From Gammaproteobacteria bacterium (lineage in GTDB: Bacteria > Pseudomonadota > Gammaproteobacteria > Ga0077536): 64,000 bases of DNA. The position numbers were made by a program, and so were the translations under genes. Below the pieces are notes generated by a model. That model had not been told where the DNA came from. It did no database searches and saw nothing but the letters and a program-made list of their open reading frames with translations. The stretch covers positions 16,434-80,433 of the forward strand of contig CANFVX010000001.1 in NCBI GenBank assembly GCA_947450495.1, given 5' to 3'. Each line of letters starts with the position of its first letter. The first letter of the stretch is position 1. Shown here piece after piece: positions 11,892-22,227 of this stretch.

Positions 11892-13594
11892 CGCGGCGGC
11901 GCCACCACCAAGACCGCTGCCGTGCCTTCGCCGCGCGGATCGGAAGCCGCGCTCACCGCCCGATGGTCACGGTCCCAAAGGATGGCCTGCATGTTGCCGT
12001 AATCGCGGTCGGAGCGAGTGAGCTTGTGCCCGAGCTTGCCCAATTCGGCCTGCAACGCCGCATCCATCGCGGCCGGCTCATAGAGCACTTCATCCGGCAA
12101 ATATTGATGATGGAAGCGGGGCACCGCGACCCAGTCTGCGGGGGACTGGCCGTCGCTGAAAGACAGCACGCCGAGCAGGACCATCGAGATAATCCGGCTG
12201 CCGCCCGGCGTCCCCAGAATGCCAATGCGATTGGGCGCCTCGAGGAAAGTTGGGGTCATGGATGAAAGCGGGCGCTTACCCGGGGCTATCGCGTTGGCTT
12301 CAACGCCGACCAGACCGTAGCCATTGGGCACGTTCGGTTTGGCCGAAAAGTCGTCCATTTCGTCATTCAGCAACACCCCGGTGTCCGGCGGGGTAAAGGC
12401 GCTGCCGAAGGGGTAGTTGATGCTCAGCGTCGCAGCGACCCGGTTGCCCTCGGCATCGAGCACCGACAAATGCGTGGTGTGGTCACCCTGCGCGGGGGGG
12501 GCGATGGGCCGCAGCGTGCTGCTGGGTGTGGCCGCCGTAAGCGACAGGTTGGCGCTTACTTCCTTGGCATGTTCTTTATTAATCAACTTGGCGACCGGCA
12601 CTTCGACGAAATCCGGGTCGCCCAGATATTCGGCGCGGTCGCGATACGCGCGACGCATCGCCTCGATAACGAGGTGGGTGCGGGTGGGCTTGGACAGCGC
12701 CGGCAGATCGTAGGGTTCCAGCACGTTGAGCGCTTCAATCAGCGCCACGCCTCCTGAAGACGGCGGCGGGGCGGAGACGATGCGGATCCCGTGAAAGCTG
12801 CCGACCAGCGGCGTGCGCTCCTTCACCCGATAGGCGGCGAGATCTTCCATCGTCCACAGGCCGCCCGCCGCGCGAACCCCCGCCACCAGCAAGCGAGCGA
12901 CATCCCCCGCGTAGAAACCGTCTTTGCCTCGCGTCGCAATAGCCTCCAGCGTGCGGGCGAGGGCCGGCTGCGACAGGCGCTGGCCGGCCGCCGGGACGTC
13001 GTTGGCCTGCAGAAAAATGGCGGCACTGGTGGGATCCTTGCGCAGCACATCACGGCGCACGCCGGCCATCACGCGATAACGCTCGGTCGCGAGGAAGCCT
13101 TCTCGCGCAATCCTGATCGCGGGGGCGAGCACCCGGGCCAAGGGCAATCGCCCATAGTGTTCGCTGACTTCCACCAAAGCCGCCGGCAAGCCGGGGATAG
13201 CGGCCGCCTTCGCGCCGTTCAGCGACAGGCCCGGCACGACATTGCCGGCGGCGTCGAGAAACATATCGCGAGTGGCGGCAGCGGGGGCCGTCTCACGGGC
13301 ATCGAGCATGATCTCGCGGCCGCTCTTGACGTCATGAAGCAGGAAGAAGCCGCCGCCACCAAGGCCGGAGGAGTAGGGCTCGGCCACCGCCAGCGCGGCC
13401 GCTACAGCGACCGCCGCGTCAAAGGCATTGCCACCTGCTTGCAGGATCTCCTGGCCGGCAGCAGTCGCCAACGGGTGTGCCGAGGCCACGGCGGCCTGAC
13501 CCGGCGCAACCGGCAACTCGCGGGCGTGAGCGGAGGGGAAGGGCAACAACAGCAGGCCCAGCAGGGCGAGCCATAGTGGTTTGCGGAATATCAT
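11888..13594 (-). CDS. ggt: Gamma-glutamyltransferase
   Basis: Signal peptide; GGNAFDAAVA, EPYSSGLGGGGF, HTTH nucleophile, LNDEMDDF, PLSSMTP, GTPGGSRI. Confidence 0.96.
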   Translation of the reverse strand: MIFRKPLWLALLGLLLLPFPSAHARELPVAPGQAAVASAHPLATAAGQEILQAGGNAFDAAVAVAAALAVAEPYSSGLGGGGFFLLHDVKSGREIMLDARETAPAAATRDMFLDAAGNVVPGLSLNGAKAAAIPGLPAALVEVSEHYGRLPLARVLAPAIRIAREGFLATERYRVMAGVRRDVLRKDPTSAAIFLQANDVPAAGQRLSQPALARTLEAIATRGKDGFYAGDVARLLVAGVRAAGGLWTMEDLAAYRVKERTPLVGSFHGIRIVSAPPPSSGGVALIEALNVLEPYDLPALSKPTRTHLVIEAMRRAYRDRAEYLGDPDFVEVPVAKLINKEHAKEVSANLSLTAATPSSTLRPIAPPAQGDHTTHLSVLDAEGNRVAATLSINYPFGSAFTPPDTGVLLNDEMDDFSAKPNVPNGYGLVGVEANAIAPGKRPLSSMTPTFLEAPNRIGILGTPGGSRIISMVLLGVLSFSDGQSPADWVAVPRFHHQYLPDEVLYEPAAMDAALQAELGKLGHKLTRSDRDYGNMQAILWDRDHRAVSAASDPRGEGTAAVLVVAPPR

Positions 13595-13622
13595 CGCGCG
13601 GTCTCCTCGGCCGGATGTGGCG

Positions 13623-14382
<760 letters not shown>

Positions 14383-14985
14383 TTACGGTTCTCCGTTCGG
14401 ATTCGCTGAGGCGCCCGCAGGCGCAAGAAGGGTGTACACCACTTGTCTGGTATGTCCCTGCCGCAGGCAGGTCCACTGGGGACTCGGCGACGGCGCAACA
14501 GGGGCTTCCACATATACCACGCCCGTTGCGGTAACCCATCCCCGGCTGAGTTCGGCCAGAATTTGCTCGCCCAGTTCGGCGGCGAAAGGGGGGTCTACAA
14601 AGACGACGTCGTAGGCGACCGGCTGATGCTGGCGCAACCACGTCAGTGCATCATAACGAAGGATCTCCGCGTGGTCAGCCGTGAGGAGCTGGCGGGTGCT
14701 CGTCAGGTGCTGGATGACGCCCAAATCGTTATCGAGGAAGGTGACGTCAAGCGCCCCCCGGGACAGCGCTTCAAACCCCAACACGCCCGTCCCTGCGAAA
14801 AGGTCCAGACAGCGCGCTCCGGGAAGGCGCGCGCTCAGCCAATTAAAAAGCGTTTCGCGCACCCGGTCGGCGGACGGCCTAACCGCAGCGATCGGCGGCA
14901 CCGTCAGCCTGCGCCCGCGCCACAGGCCACCGATAATCCGCACCTTGCCCGCGTCGGGCAGCTTGGGACTCGACCGGCGCTTCAT
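14383..14985 (-). CDS. rsmD: 16S rRNA m2G966 methyltransferase
   Basis: VRIIGGLWRGRRL, RVRETLFNWL, LDLFAGTG.LGFEALSRGA, DPPF. Confidence 0.95.
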   Translation of the reverse strand: MKRRSSPKLPDAGKVRIIGGLWRGRRLTVPPIAAVRPSADRVRETLFNWLSARLPGARCLDLFAGTGVLGFEALSRGALDVTFLDNDLGVIQHLTSTRQLLTADHAEILRYDALTWLRQHQPVAYDVVFVDPPFAAELGEQILAELSRGWVTATGVVYVEAPVAPSPSPQWTCLRQGHTRQVVYTLLAPAGASANPNGEP

Positions 14986-16307
14986 GGGTGAGCTTGCGTT
15001 GCGGGCTTGGCGGGTTCTCGACCCACGGTCACCAGGGTCATCGCTTCAGGGTGCAGATGACGCTTGAGGGCGGCGCGCACCTCGGCCAGGGTGACCGCCT
15101 TTATCTTGTCGCGCCAAGTGTCGAGGTAGTCGAGCGGGAGCCCGTAGAACGCCATCATCGTGAGGTTGTCGAGAATCTTGCCGTTGCCGTCGAGGCGGAG
15201 CGGAAAATCGCCCAGCAGGTTTTGCCGTGCCTCCTCCAGCGCTTTGGGATCCGGTCCGTTATCGACGAAATTGGCGATTTCACGCCGCAGCAACGCCACT
15301 GCTTCTGCCTGTTGTTCGCCGCGGGTCTGCAGACTGGCGGTGAAGGGGCCCGGCAAGCCCAAAGGTTCGAAGTGACTGTCGACGCTGTAGGAAAGACCGC
15401 GTTTTTCGCGCACCTCGTTGAATAGCACCGACACCACGCCATTGCCGCCAAGCACGTGGTTGCCAAGGATGAGCGCAAAGTGGTCGGGATCACCGCGAGC
15501 GGTCCCTAACTCGCCAAGCAACACATGGGTTTGGGCCGAATCGAACGCAATGTGCTGCGCAGAGGCTGGTTGCGGCTGGACGACGGGCAGTGCTGGCGCC
15601 GGCGCGCCGGCGGGCAAGGCCTGACTGAGTTGTTCGGCCAGCCGCTCAATGTTGGCGCGGGAGGCATCGCCCACAAAAATCAGGAGCGCGTTGGTCGCGA
15701 CGAAATAGCGACCGTAGAACGCTTTCACCATCGGCAGCGAAATGGCTTTCACCGAGGCCAGCGTGCCGCCTTCCGGCGAACCAAAGGGATGCTGACCGTA
15801 CAGCGCCCGCATGTAGGCGTGGTCGGCTATCGCGCCCGGCGACTCCTGTTCGCTTTGCAAACCGGACACCAGCAAGCTCCTTTGGCGGGCAAACGCCTCC
15901 GCGCTAAACCGTGGCTGCCGCAGCACCGCTGCCAGCAAGGCGTAAGCGGCGTCACGGCTGGCGACCTCGCTCAAAGTGCGTAAGGACAGGGATGCCATTT
16001 CCAATCCGCTGCCGGCGCCAAAATTGGCGCCGGTGGCTTCCATCGCGGCGTGGAAATCATCGGCTTTGAGGGTTTCGGTGCCTTCATCGAGCATCGCGGC
16101 GGTGAGCGTCGCCAGACCGGGATTGTCACCATCCCGGGCGCTCCCGGCAGCAAACACAACCCGCACATCAAGCATTGGCACTTCTTGAGCAGGGACGAAG
16201 TAAACGCGCGCACCGTTCGCGGTTTGCCAGCGTTGAATGGCTGCCATGGCCAGGCTGGCCGGGGTAACCGCCAGCAAGAGTAAGAGGCAAACCAGACGGC
16301 GCATCAT
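14982..16307 (-). CDS. M16B peptidase, non-catalytic partner subunit
   Basis: Signal peptide; no HXXEH (GLATLTAAMLDEG at that position); carries VREKRGLSY. Confidence 0.85.
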   Translation of the reverse strand: MMRRLVCLLLLLAVTPASLAMAAIQRWQTANGARVYFVPAQEVPMLDVRVVFAAGSARDGDNPGLATLTAAMLDEGTETLKADDFHAAMEATGANFGAGSGLEMASLSLRTLSEVASRDAAYALLAAVLRQPRFSAEAFARQRSLLVSGLQSEQESPGAIADHAYMRALYGQHPFGSPEGGTLASVKAISLPMVKAFYGRYFVATNALLIFVGDASRANIERLAEQLSQALPAGAPAPALPVVQPQPASAQHIAFDSAQTHVLLGELGTARGDPDHFALILGNHVLGGNGVVSVLFNEVREKRGLSYSVDSHFEPLGLPGPFTASLQTRGEQQAEAVALLRREIANFVDNGPDPKALEEARQNLLGDFPLRLDGNGKILDNLTMMAFYGLPLDYLDTWRDKIKAVTLAEVRAALKRHLHPEAMTLVTVGREPAKPATQAHP

Positions 16308-17659
16308 GGGGCTACCCCTGCGGGCGACAACCAGGCAACGGTTGAGCGGTCGTTGACGAGATACTTCTTTGCCACCGCCTGCACCTGCGCCGGGGTCACC
16401 GCCGCGATTGCGGCGTCATAACGGTCCTTGAATTGCCAAGGGAGACCAACGACCTCCAGCGCGCCAATAGTCATCGCCTGATAGAACAGGGAATCCTGCT
16501 GGTAAATGGTCTGTGCCCGGACCTGGGTTTTCACTCGCGCCAATTCTTCAGCGGTAGGTGGCTGGTGCTGGATCTCAAGGATTTCCTTGCGCAGGGCGGC
16601 TTCCAGCTGGGCAAGCGAGACGCCTTCGCGCGGCGTGCCATCCAGGGAAAACAGGTCTTCGAGCCTGGACAGCGCCGCGTAGCTGGCAGAGGCCGACGCG
16701 GCTAGCTGCTGCCCGCGCAACAGGTGCCGCGAAAAGCGAGCGCTACTCCCGCCATCCAGCACGGCAGCAAGCACTTCGAGGGCGTGGATTTCCCATTCCT
16801 CCACCTTGGTGCCATCTGGTCCAGACCGGCCGACTTGCGTCATTACCGGCGTTTTGAACGAGATCGACAGCGAAGGGACGCGCACTTTTTCGTCCCTGAA
16901 CTGCAGACGCTTTTCGCCGCGCTGGGGAACTTCCGGGCGCGGCGCGGGCGGCTTCACGTCAAGCTTGGGCAGAGGCCCGAAATAGCGTTCGGCGAGCTGC
17001 CGCATGGCGGCCAGGTCGACATCACCGACGATCACCACCGTGGCGTTCGCAGGCGCATACCAACGCTCGTACCACGCACGCAGGTCCGGTAGCTGAAGAT
17101 TGGTGAGGTCGGCAGCCCAGCCAATGACGGGTTGCCGGTAGGGACTGGTTTGCCAGATCGCGGCAGCCGTGGCCTCGCCCGCCAGCGCCTGGGGGTTGTC
17201 GTCGGTACGCATCCGGCGTTCTTCCAGAATGACTTTGCGTTCGTTCTCGAACTCCTTGGCGTCGAGTTCCAGATTCCGCATGCGGTCGGCTTCAAGCCGA
17301 AAGCTGTATTCGATGTCGTCGGCCGACCACTGCTGGAAGTAGGTGGTGTAGTCGAGGGTCGTGAAAGCGTTTTCGCGGCCACCGTGGGCGGCGACAAGGC
17401 GGGAGAATTCACCGGTCGCGAGCGTTTTAGTGCGCTTGAACATCATGTGCTCCAGCGCATGCGATAGTCCGGTGGCGCCGTCTTGCTCGTAGCTCGCGCC
17501 AACGCGGTACCAAACCTGAAACACCGCAACGGGGGCCCGGTGATCTTCCTGCACGATCACTTTAAGCCCATTGTCGAGCGTGAATTCCTGAGTGGCCGCT
17601 GCTGCTGTGAACGACATCGCGGTCGCACACACGGCGAGAAAAAGGCCAGGCTTAGTCAT
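16304..17659 (-). CDS. M16B zinc peptidase, catalytic subunit
   Basis: Signal peptide; HALEH motif, NAFTTLDYT, downstream ILEERRMR; start at 17659 (ATG) or 17677 (TTG). Confidence 0.9.
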   Translation of the reverse strand: MTKPGLFLAVCATAMSFTAAAATQEFTLDNGLKVIVQEDHRAPVAVFQVWYRVGASYEQDGATGLSHALEHMMFKRTKTLATGEFSRLVAAHGGRENAFTTLDYTTYFQQWSADDIEYSFRLEADRMRNLELDAKEFENERKVILEERRMRTDDNPQALAGEATAAAIWQTSPYRQPVIGWAADLTNLQLPDLRAWYERWYAPANATVVIVGDVDLAAMRQLAERYFGPLPKLDVKPPAPRPEVPQRGEKRLQFRDEKVRVPSLSISFKTPVMTQVGRSGPDGTKVEEWEIHALEVLAAVLDGGSSARFSRHLLRGQQLAASASASYAALSRLEDLFSLDGTPREGVSLAQLEAALRKEILEIQHQPPTAEELARVKTQVRAQTIYQQDSLFYQAMTIGALEVVGLPWQFKDRYDAAIAAVTPAQVQAVAKKYLVNDRSTVAWLSPAGVAP

Positions 17660-17794
17660 CAATGTTGAAGTCCGCAATGGCCGCGGCAGGCGGCGGATTT
17701 ATCTGCTCGGTGGGTGTTAGCATACCCAACTTACTGCTGGCGCGGCGGTGCCGGCGCCTGTTTCTGGAATCTCTCTAGATAGCGTGGATTTCCC

Positions 17795-18715
17795 ATGTTC
17801 AAGCGTTTGCGCGAAGGCATAGCCCGCACGCGGGATAGCCTGCTCAATCGTCTCGGTCGGCTACTGGGTCGCCGGGAACCTATTGATGCCTCCTCGTTAG
17901 AAGCCCTCGAAAACGCGCTGCTTGAAGCCGACGTCGGGGTGCCGGTGACCAGCCAGATCATGGCTACCGTGCGGCAACAGGCTGGACGCGAAAGCCAGCC
18001 ACTCATTGATCTGCTCCGCGCGGAAATGATTCGCTCACTGTCTGCAGTCCAACAGCCACTGCAAATCCCGCCCAATCTCGGCGTGCCGTTTGTGATTCTC
18101 GTCGTCGGCGTGAACGGGGTGGGCAAGACCACCACCATCGCGAAACTAGGACGGCACCTTCAGTCCGAAGGGCATAAGGTGATGTTTGCCGCGGGCGACA
18201 CTTTTCGGGCTGCCGCCGTTGAGCAATTGAAAACCTGGGGTGAGCGGCTTGGGATTCAAGTGGTCGCACAGGGCCCGGGTGCGGACCCGGCATCGGTGAT
18301 TTTCGACGCGTACTCCGCCGCCCTTGCCCGCGGTTGTGATGTCTTACTGGCGGATACCGCCGGTCGGCTGCACACCCAGGGGGGCTTGATGAACGAGCTG
18401 GGCAAAATCAGACGGGTCCTCGCTAAGCAAAACCCCGAGGCACCGCACGAAACCTTGCTGGTGCTCGATGCCACCATGGGGCAAAACGCGCTCCAACAAG
18501 CGCGGATATTCAATGAAACGGCGCCTCTCAGCGCGGTCATTTTGACGAAGCTCGATGGCACGGCGAAGGGCGGCATCGTGTTCGCTATCGCCGATGCCTT
18601 GAAGTTGCCGCTGCGTTTTATCGGGGTTGGCGAGCAACAGGACGACCTTCAAAGTTTCTCGGCGGCCAATTTTGTCGACGCCTTGCTGGGCAGTCCGGAG
18701 GCCGACTCAGACTAG
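17795..18715 (+). CDS. ftsY: SRP receptor FtsY (NG domains only, no acidic A domain)
   Basis: GVNGVGKTTT, DTFRAAA, DTAGR, TKLDGTAKGG; 306 aa. Confidence 0.96.
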   Translation: MFKRLREGIARTRDSLLNRLGRLLGRREPIDASSLEALENALLEADVGVPVTSQIMATVRQQAGRESQPLIDLLRAEMIRSLSAVQQPLQIPPNLGVPFVILVVGVNGVGKTTTIAKLGRHLQSEGHKVMFAAGDTFRAAAVEQLKTWGERLGIQVVAQGPGADPASVIFDAYSAALARGCDVLLADTAGRLHTQGGLMNELGKIRRVLAKQNPEAPHETLLVLDATMGQNALQQARIFNETAPLSAVILTKLDGTAKGGIVFAIADALKLPLRFIGVGEQQDDLQSFSAANFVDALLGSPEADSD

Positions 18716-18758
18716 ACCCGGAAATTGTTTGACCTCCCTCACGGAACGGCGAAAGGGC

Positions 18759-18785
18759 TTAGCACTCTATCTAGTCGAGTGCTAA
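18759..18785. promoter_or_regulatory. CIRCE element (HrcA operator)
   Basis: TTAGCACTC-TATCTAGTC-GAGTGCTAA, an exact match to the CIRCE consensus with 9-nt spacer, ending 26 nt before the rpoH ATG. Confidence 0.95.
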
Positions 18786-18811
18786 ACTTTTTCCATCAAG
18801 GAGGCATAACA

Positions 18812-19678
18812 ATGGCCCATGCTCTCGATTTACCGACCCCGGTAGGCTCGCTCGAAGCGTACATCGACGCTGTCGGGCGCGTGCCCTTGCTCACCGAGGA
18901 CGAAGAACGCTCTCTCGCACTCCGTTATCGTGAAGAAGACGACTTGGCTGCCGCACGCCGACTCGTGCTGTCGCACCTCCGCTTTGTGGTGAAGGTAGCG
19001 CGTGGCTATCTGGGCTACGGCTTGGCGCACAACGACCTGATTCAGGAAGGCAACATCGGATTGATGAAAGCGGTGAAGCGCTTTGACCCCGGCGTTGGCG
19101 TGCGACTCGTGTCCTTTGCCGTGCACTGGGTGCGGGCAGAAATCCATGAATTCATTCTCAAGAACTGGCGCATCGTCAAAGTGGCCACCACCAAGGCGCA
19201 GCGCAAACTGTTTTTCAACCTGCGTAGCGCCAAGAAGCGTTCCGGCTGGTTGAGTCATCAGGAAGCGGACGTTATTGCCAGTGAACTCGGGGTAGACGCC
19301 AAAACCGTGTTGTTGATGGAAGAGCGCATGAGCGCTCACGACCAGGCGTTCGACGTATCGATAGATGACGGGGAAGACGATCCCGCGCCGGTGAATTATC
19401 TGGCGGACATGCGTTTTGAACCCTCTCGCCAGTTGGAAGCGGTAGAAGAGATTCAAGACGGCACAGAACGTTTGGCGCAGGCCTTAGGCCGACTGGACGA
19501 CCGGAGTCGCGATATCGTGGCCTCGCGTTGGCTACAGGAACCCAAGCAGACCCTGCAGGATCTGGCGAGAAAATACTCGGTTTCGGCTGAGCGGGTACGG
19601 CAGATCGAGAATCAGGCCTTTGGGACCTTGCGGAAGGCGCTCGGCGGCGATTTACGGAATCTACTACTCGCCCCGTAA
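18812..19678 (+). CDS. rpoH: RNA polymerase sigma-32 factor
   Basis: DLIQEGNIGLMKAV, RpoH box KVATTKAQRKLFFNLR, SAERVRQIE; AGGAGG Shine-Dalgarno before ATG 18812. Confidence 0.97.
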   Translation: MAHALDLPTPVGSLEAYIDAVGRVPLLTEDEERSLALRYREEDDLAAARRLVLSHLRFVVKVARGYLGYGLAHNDLIQEGNIGLMKAVKRFDPGVGVRLVSFAVHWVRAEIHEFILKNWRIVKVATTKAQRKLFFNLRSAKKRSGWLSHQEADVIASELGVDAKTVLLMEERMSAHDQAFDVSIDDGEDDPAPVNYLADMRFEPSRQLEAVEEIQDGTERLAQALGRLDDRSRDIVASRWLQEPKQTLQDLARKYSVSAERVRQIENQAFGTLRKALGGDLRNLLLAP

Positions 19679-19686
19679 GCGGTTCG

Positions 19687-19716
19687 CCGTGATGAGGGGC
19701 ATCCCTCTCATCACGG
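19687..19716. terminator. Hairpin between convergent rpoH and cyoE
   Basis: CCGTGATGAG-10 nt-CTCATCACGG, a perfect 10-bp stem that overlaps the cyoE stop codon; no U-tract. Confidence 0.55.
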
Positions 19717-20634
19717 TGCAGGCGCGAAGAAAGCCGCGTGGGCCAACGGCCAGTAGTGGTCTACAAACAGCACCGCGAAGAGCAAGGTCAGGTAAACAAT
19801 CGAATACTTGAACGTGGCGTAGGCCAGCGCATCGCTGTCGTCAAACTGCATGCGAATCGCGTAGTACAGAAAGACCGCATTCAGCGCCATTGCCCCTGCC
19901 AGATAGATCGGCCCGCACATGTAAGTAGCGAACGGCAGCAGCGTCACGGCAATGAGCAAAATTGTATAGAGCAGCACGTGCAAGCGGGTGAATGCCGCCC
20001 CGTGGGTGTTGGGCAGCATCGGGATTTCGGCATTGGCGTAGTCGTCTCGGCGATAGACTGCCAAGGCCCAGAAATGTGGCGGCGTCCACGCGAAAATAAT
20101 CAAAAAAAGCAGCAGGGAGTGCGGATCCAAAGTGCCGGTAACGGCAGTCCAGCCGAGCACGGGCGGCGCGGCCCCGGCGGCGCCGCCAATGACGATGTTT
20201 TGTGGCGTCGCGTGCTTCAGGTACATGGTGTAGATCACCGCGTAGCCAATCAGTGAAAGAAATGTCAGGACTGCGGTCAGTACGTTAATAAACGCAACCA
20301 GCAGACACATGGAAAGAAACCCCAACGCGAGCGCAAAAATAAACGCCTGACGGGTGTTGAGTTCGCCTTGTGGCAGCGGCCGGTTTTTAGTTCGAGCCAT
20401 CAGCGCATCAATGCGGTGTTCAGCGACATGATTGATAGCCGCCGCAGAGGCAGCGGCGAGCGCGATCCCGAGATTGGCGATTAACAAACGGTCAATCGGC
20501 ACCAGCGTCGGCGACGCCATCAGCATGCCGATCAGCGCCGTGAAGACGATCAGCGCCACCACTCGCGGTTTACACAGAGCAAGGTAGTCGCGCCATGAGG
20601 GGCTGGCCGAAACATCCGCAGTGAGATTGGTCAT
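19711..20634 (-). CDS. cyoE: Protoheme IX farnesyltransferase (heme o synthase)
   Basis: LCKPRVV, IDALMARTKNRPL, QNIVIGGAAGA, WTPPHFWALA. Confidence 0.96.
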   Translation of the reverse strand: MTNLTADVSASPSWRDYLALCKPRVVALIVFTALIGMLMASPTLVPIDRLLIANLGIALAAASAAAINHVAEHRIDALMARTKNRPLPQGELNTRQAFIFALALGFLSMCLLVAFINVLTAVLTFLSLIGYAVIYTMYLKHATPQNIVIGGAAGAAPPVLGWTAVTGTLDPHSLLLFLIIFAWTPPHFWALAVYRRDDYANAEIPMLPNTHGAAFTRLHVLLYTILLIAVTLLPFATYMCGPIYLAGAMALNAVFLYYAIRMQFDDSDALAYATFKYSIVYLTLLFAVLFVDHYWPLAHAAFFAPAP

Positions 20635-21635
20635 CGGTTCGAATCGCTAAAATTCTGAGGCCGCGTGGAAAAATAGAGGAGTGTCACGAGGCTCCCCATG
20701 AGCAAGGCCGCGGTGCCGTTGTGCATCACTGCCACCGGCAAGGGCAAACCGCCGACGACATTGGTGACGCCGAGCGCGACCTGCAAGCATACCAAGGCGA
20801 GTATACACGACCCGATTTGGCGCCCGGCGCCGTTACCGGCGCGCAAGGCCGCGAGCGCCAAGGCGATAACAGCGCCGGCAGTCACCACCGCCCAGAGCCG
20901 ATGGACAAAGTGGATGGCCGTGCGCGCGGGCGTATCCAGTACCCCGAACTCGTAATTCACACCCAGGCCGCGCCACAGCACAAAGGCATCGTGAAAGTTC
21001 ATGTTCGGCCAAAAACTGCCCTGACAGGCGGGGAAATCGGTGCAGGCGAGCGCCGCATAATTGGTGCTGGTCCATCCTCCGAGGAAAATTTGCAGCGCCA
21101 GCACCGCTATCGTCAAAACGGTGAACAGCCACAGGCGCTGGCCTACTCTCGTCGCGCGGGGAACTCTTGCCACCCAGAAGTTCCAGCACAGGAAGGCAAA
21201 CGTCGTGATTCCGCCTAAAAGATGGGCTGTCACGATGAACGGCTTCAAGAGTAGCGTTACGGTCCACATGCCGAGCGCGCCTTGGAAACACACGAGCGGC
21301 ACCAACCAATAGGCCACCACACTGCCGGCAGAGAGCGACTTCCGGAGACACCACACGAGGCCAGCCATCACGAGAATCAGCAAGCCCAGGGTAGAGGCCA
21401 TGTAACGGTGGATCATCTCCAGCCAGGCCTTGCCCGTTTCGAGGGGGCGCGCTGCGAGATGGGCTGGATTGGCGACATCGGCGGCCGTTTTAGGGACCAG
21501 AATCTGGCCGTAGCATCCCGGCCAATCGGGGCATCCGAGGCCAGCGTCGCTCAGTCGGACGTAGGCCCCCTTGATCACCACGAGCAGAGCAAGCACCGGC
21601 AGGATGAGCGAAAGGGCACGGTAGGTCTTAAGCAT
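20631..21635 (-). CDS. ctaA: Heme A synthase (CtaA/COX15)
   Basis: AGLGCPDWPGC, EMIHR, HLLGG, HFVHR; alternative TTG start at 21641. Confidence 0.93.
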   Translation of the reverse strand: MLKTYRALSLILPVLALLVVIKGAYVRLSDAGLGCPDWPGCYGQILVPKTAADVANPAHLAARPLETGKAWLEMIHRYMASTLGLLILVMAGLVWCLRKSLSAGSVVAYWLVPLVCFQGALGMWTVTLLLKPFIVTAHLLGGITTFAFLCWNFWVARVPRATRVGQRLWLFTVLTIAVLALQIFLGGWTSTNYAALACTDFPACQGSFWPNMNFHDAFVLWRGLGVNYEFGVLDTPARTAIHFVHRLWAVVTAGAVIALALAALRAGNGAGRQIGSCILALVCLQVALGVTNVVGGLPLPVAVMHNGTAALLMGSLVTLLYFSTRPQNFSDSNR

Positions 21636-21641
21636 CTTCAA

Positions 21642-22226
21642 TCACCGGATGGCTGAGGCGCGAAGTAAGCGCTGGAGATCTTCTTTGATGTCTGCGGGAG
21701 GTGCATCGGGCGAGAAATACATCATCATCTGGCCCCGCCAGTCGAGAAACGCGACCAGTGGCAGAGTGACTTCCGGGCCGCGATTAGCGAGGTCTTTGCC
21801 CAGAGCGGCGACGCTGAGAGGATCCGTCAGAATCCGGGGAAGCGTCGGATCTGAAAGGGACGCCTCTTTAGCCATTAATCCAAACACCGAAACTCGCGTG
21901 CCCTCGTTACCGACCAGGGTTCGGATAACCGCCAGCTCCCGAAGAACGCGCGCGCAGTCCTCGGCGCATGCGCTCGGGCCCACATAAACCACAGCCCAGG
22001 CCGCGGGCGGAAGGCCGCGCAAAGCGCCCAACGCGGGGGTATCGGGGTAGGCGCGCAGGTCGATGGGCGGGGAAAGGAGAGCGCCATGGTTGAGGCGCTT
22101 GTGACCCGCCAGACCGATGTGACCGTTAGCAAGCAACCATGCCAGCACCACTGGCGTGATAAACATCGCAAAAATAAGGATCAGCGTGGTGCGATTGCGA
22201 CGGGGTGGAGCAGATACGGATGACAT
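21642..22226 (-). CDS. Membrane-anchored cytochrome oxidase assembly-associated protein (SCO-like CxxxC)
   Basis: N-terminal TM, LNHGALL.P, CAEDC, C-terminal DLQRLLRAS; lies between SURF1 and ctaA. Confidence 0.7.
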   Translation of the reverse strand: MSSVSAPPRRNRTTLILIFAMFITPVVLAWLLANGHIGLAGHKRLNHGALLSPPIDLRAYPDTPALGALRGLPPAAWAVVYVGPSACAEDCARVLRELAVIRTLVGNEGTRVSVFGLMAKEASLSDPTLPRILTDPLSVAALGKDLANRGPEVTLPLVAFLDWRGQMMMYFSPDAPPADIKEDLQRLLRASAIR

Positions 22227-22227
22227 G

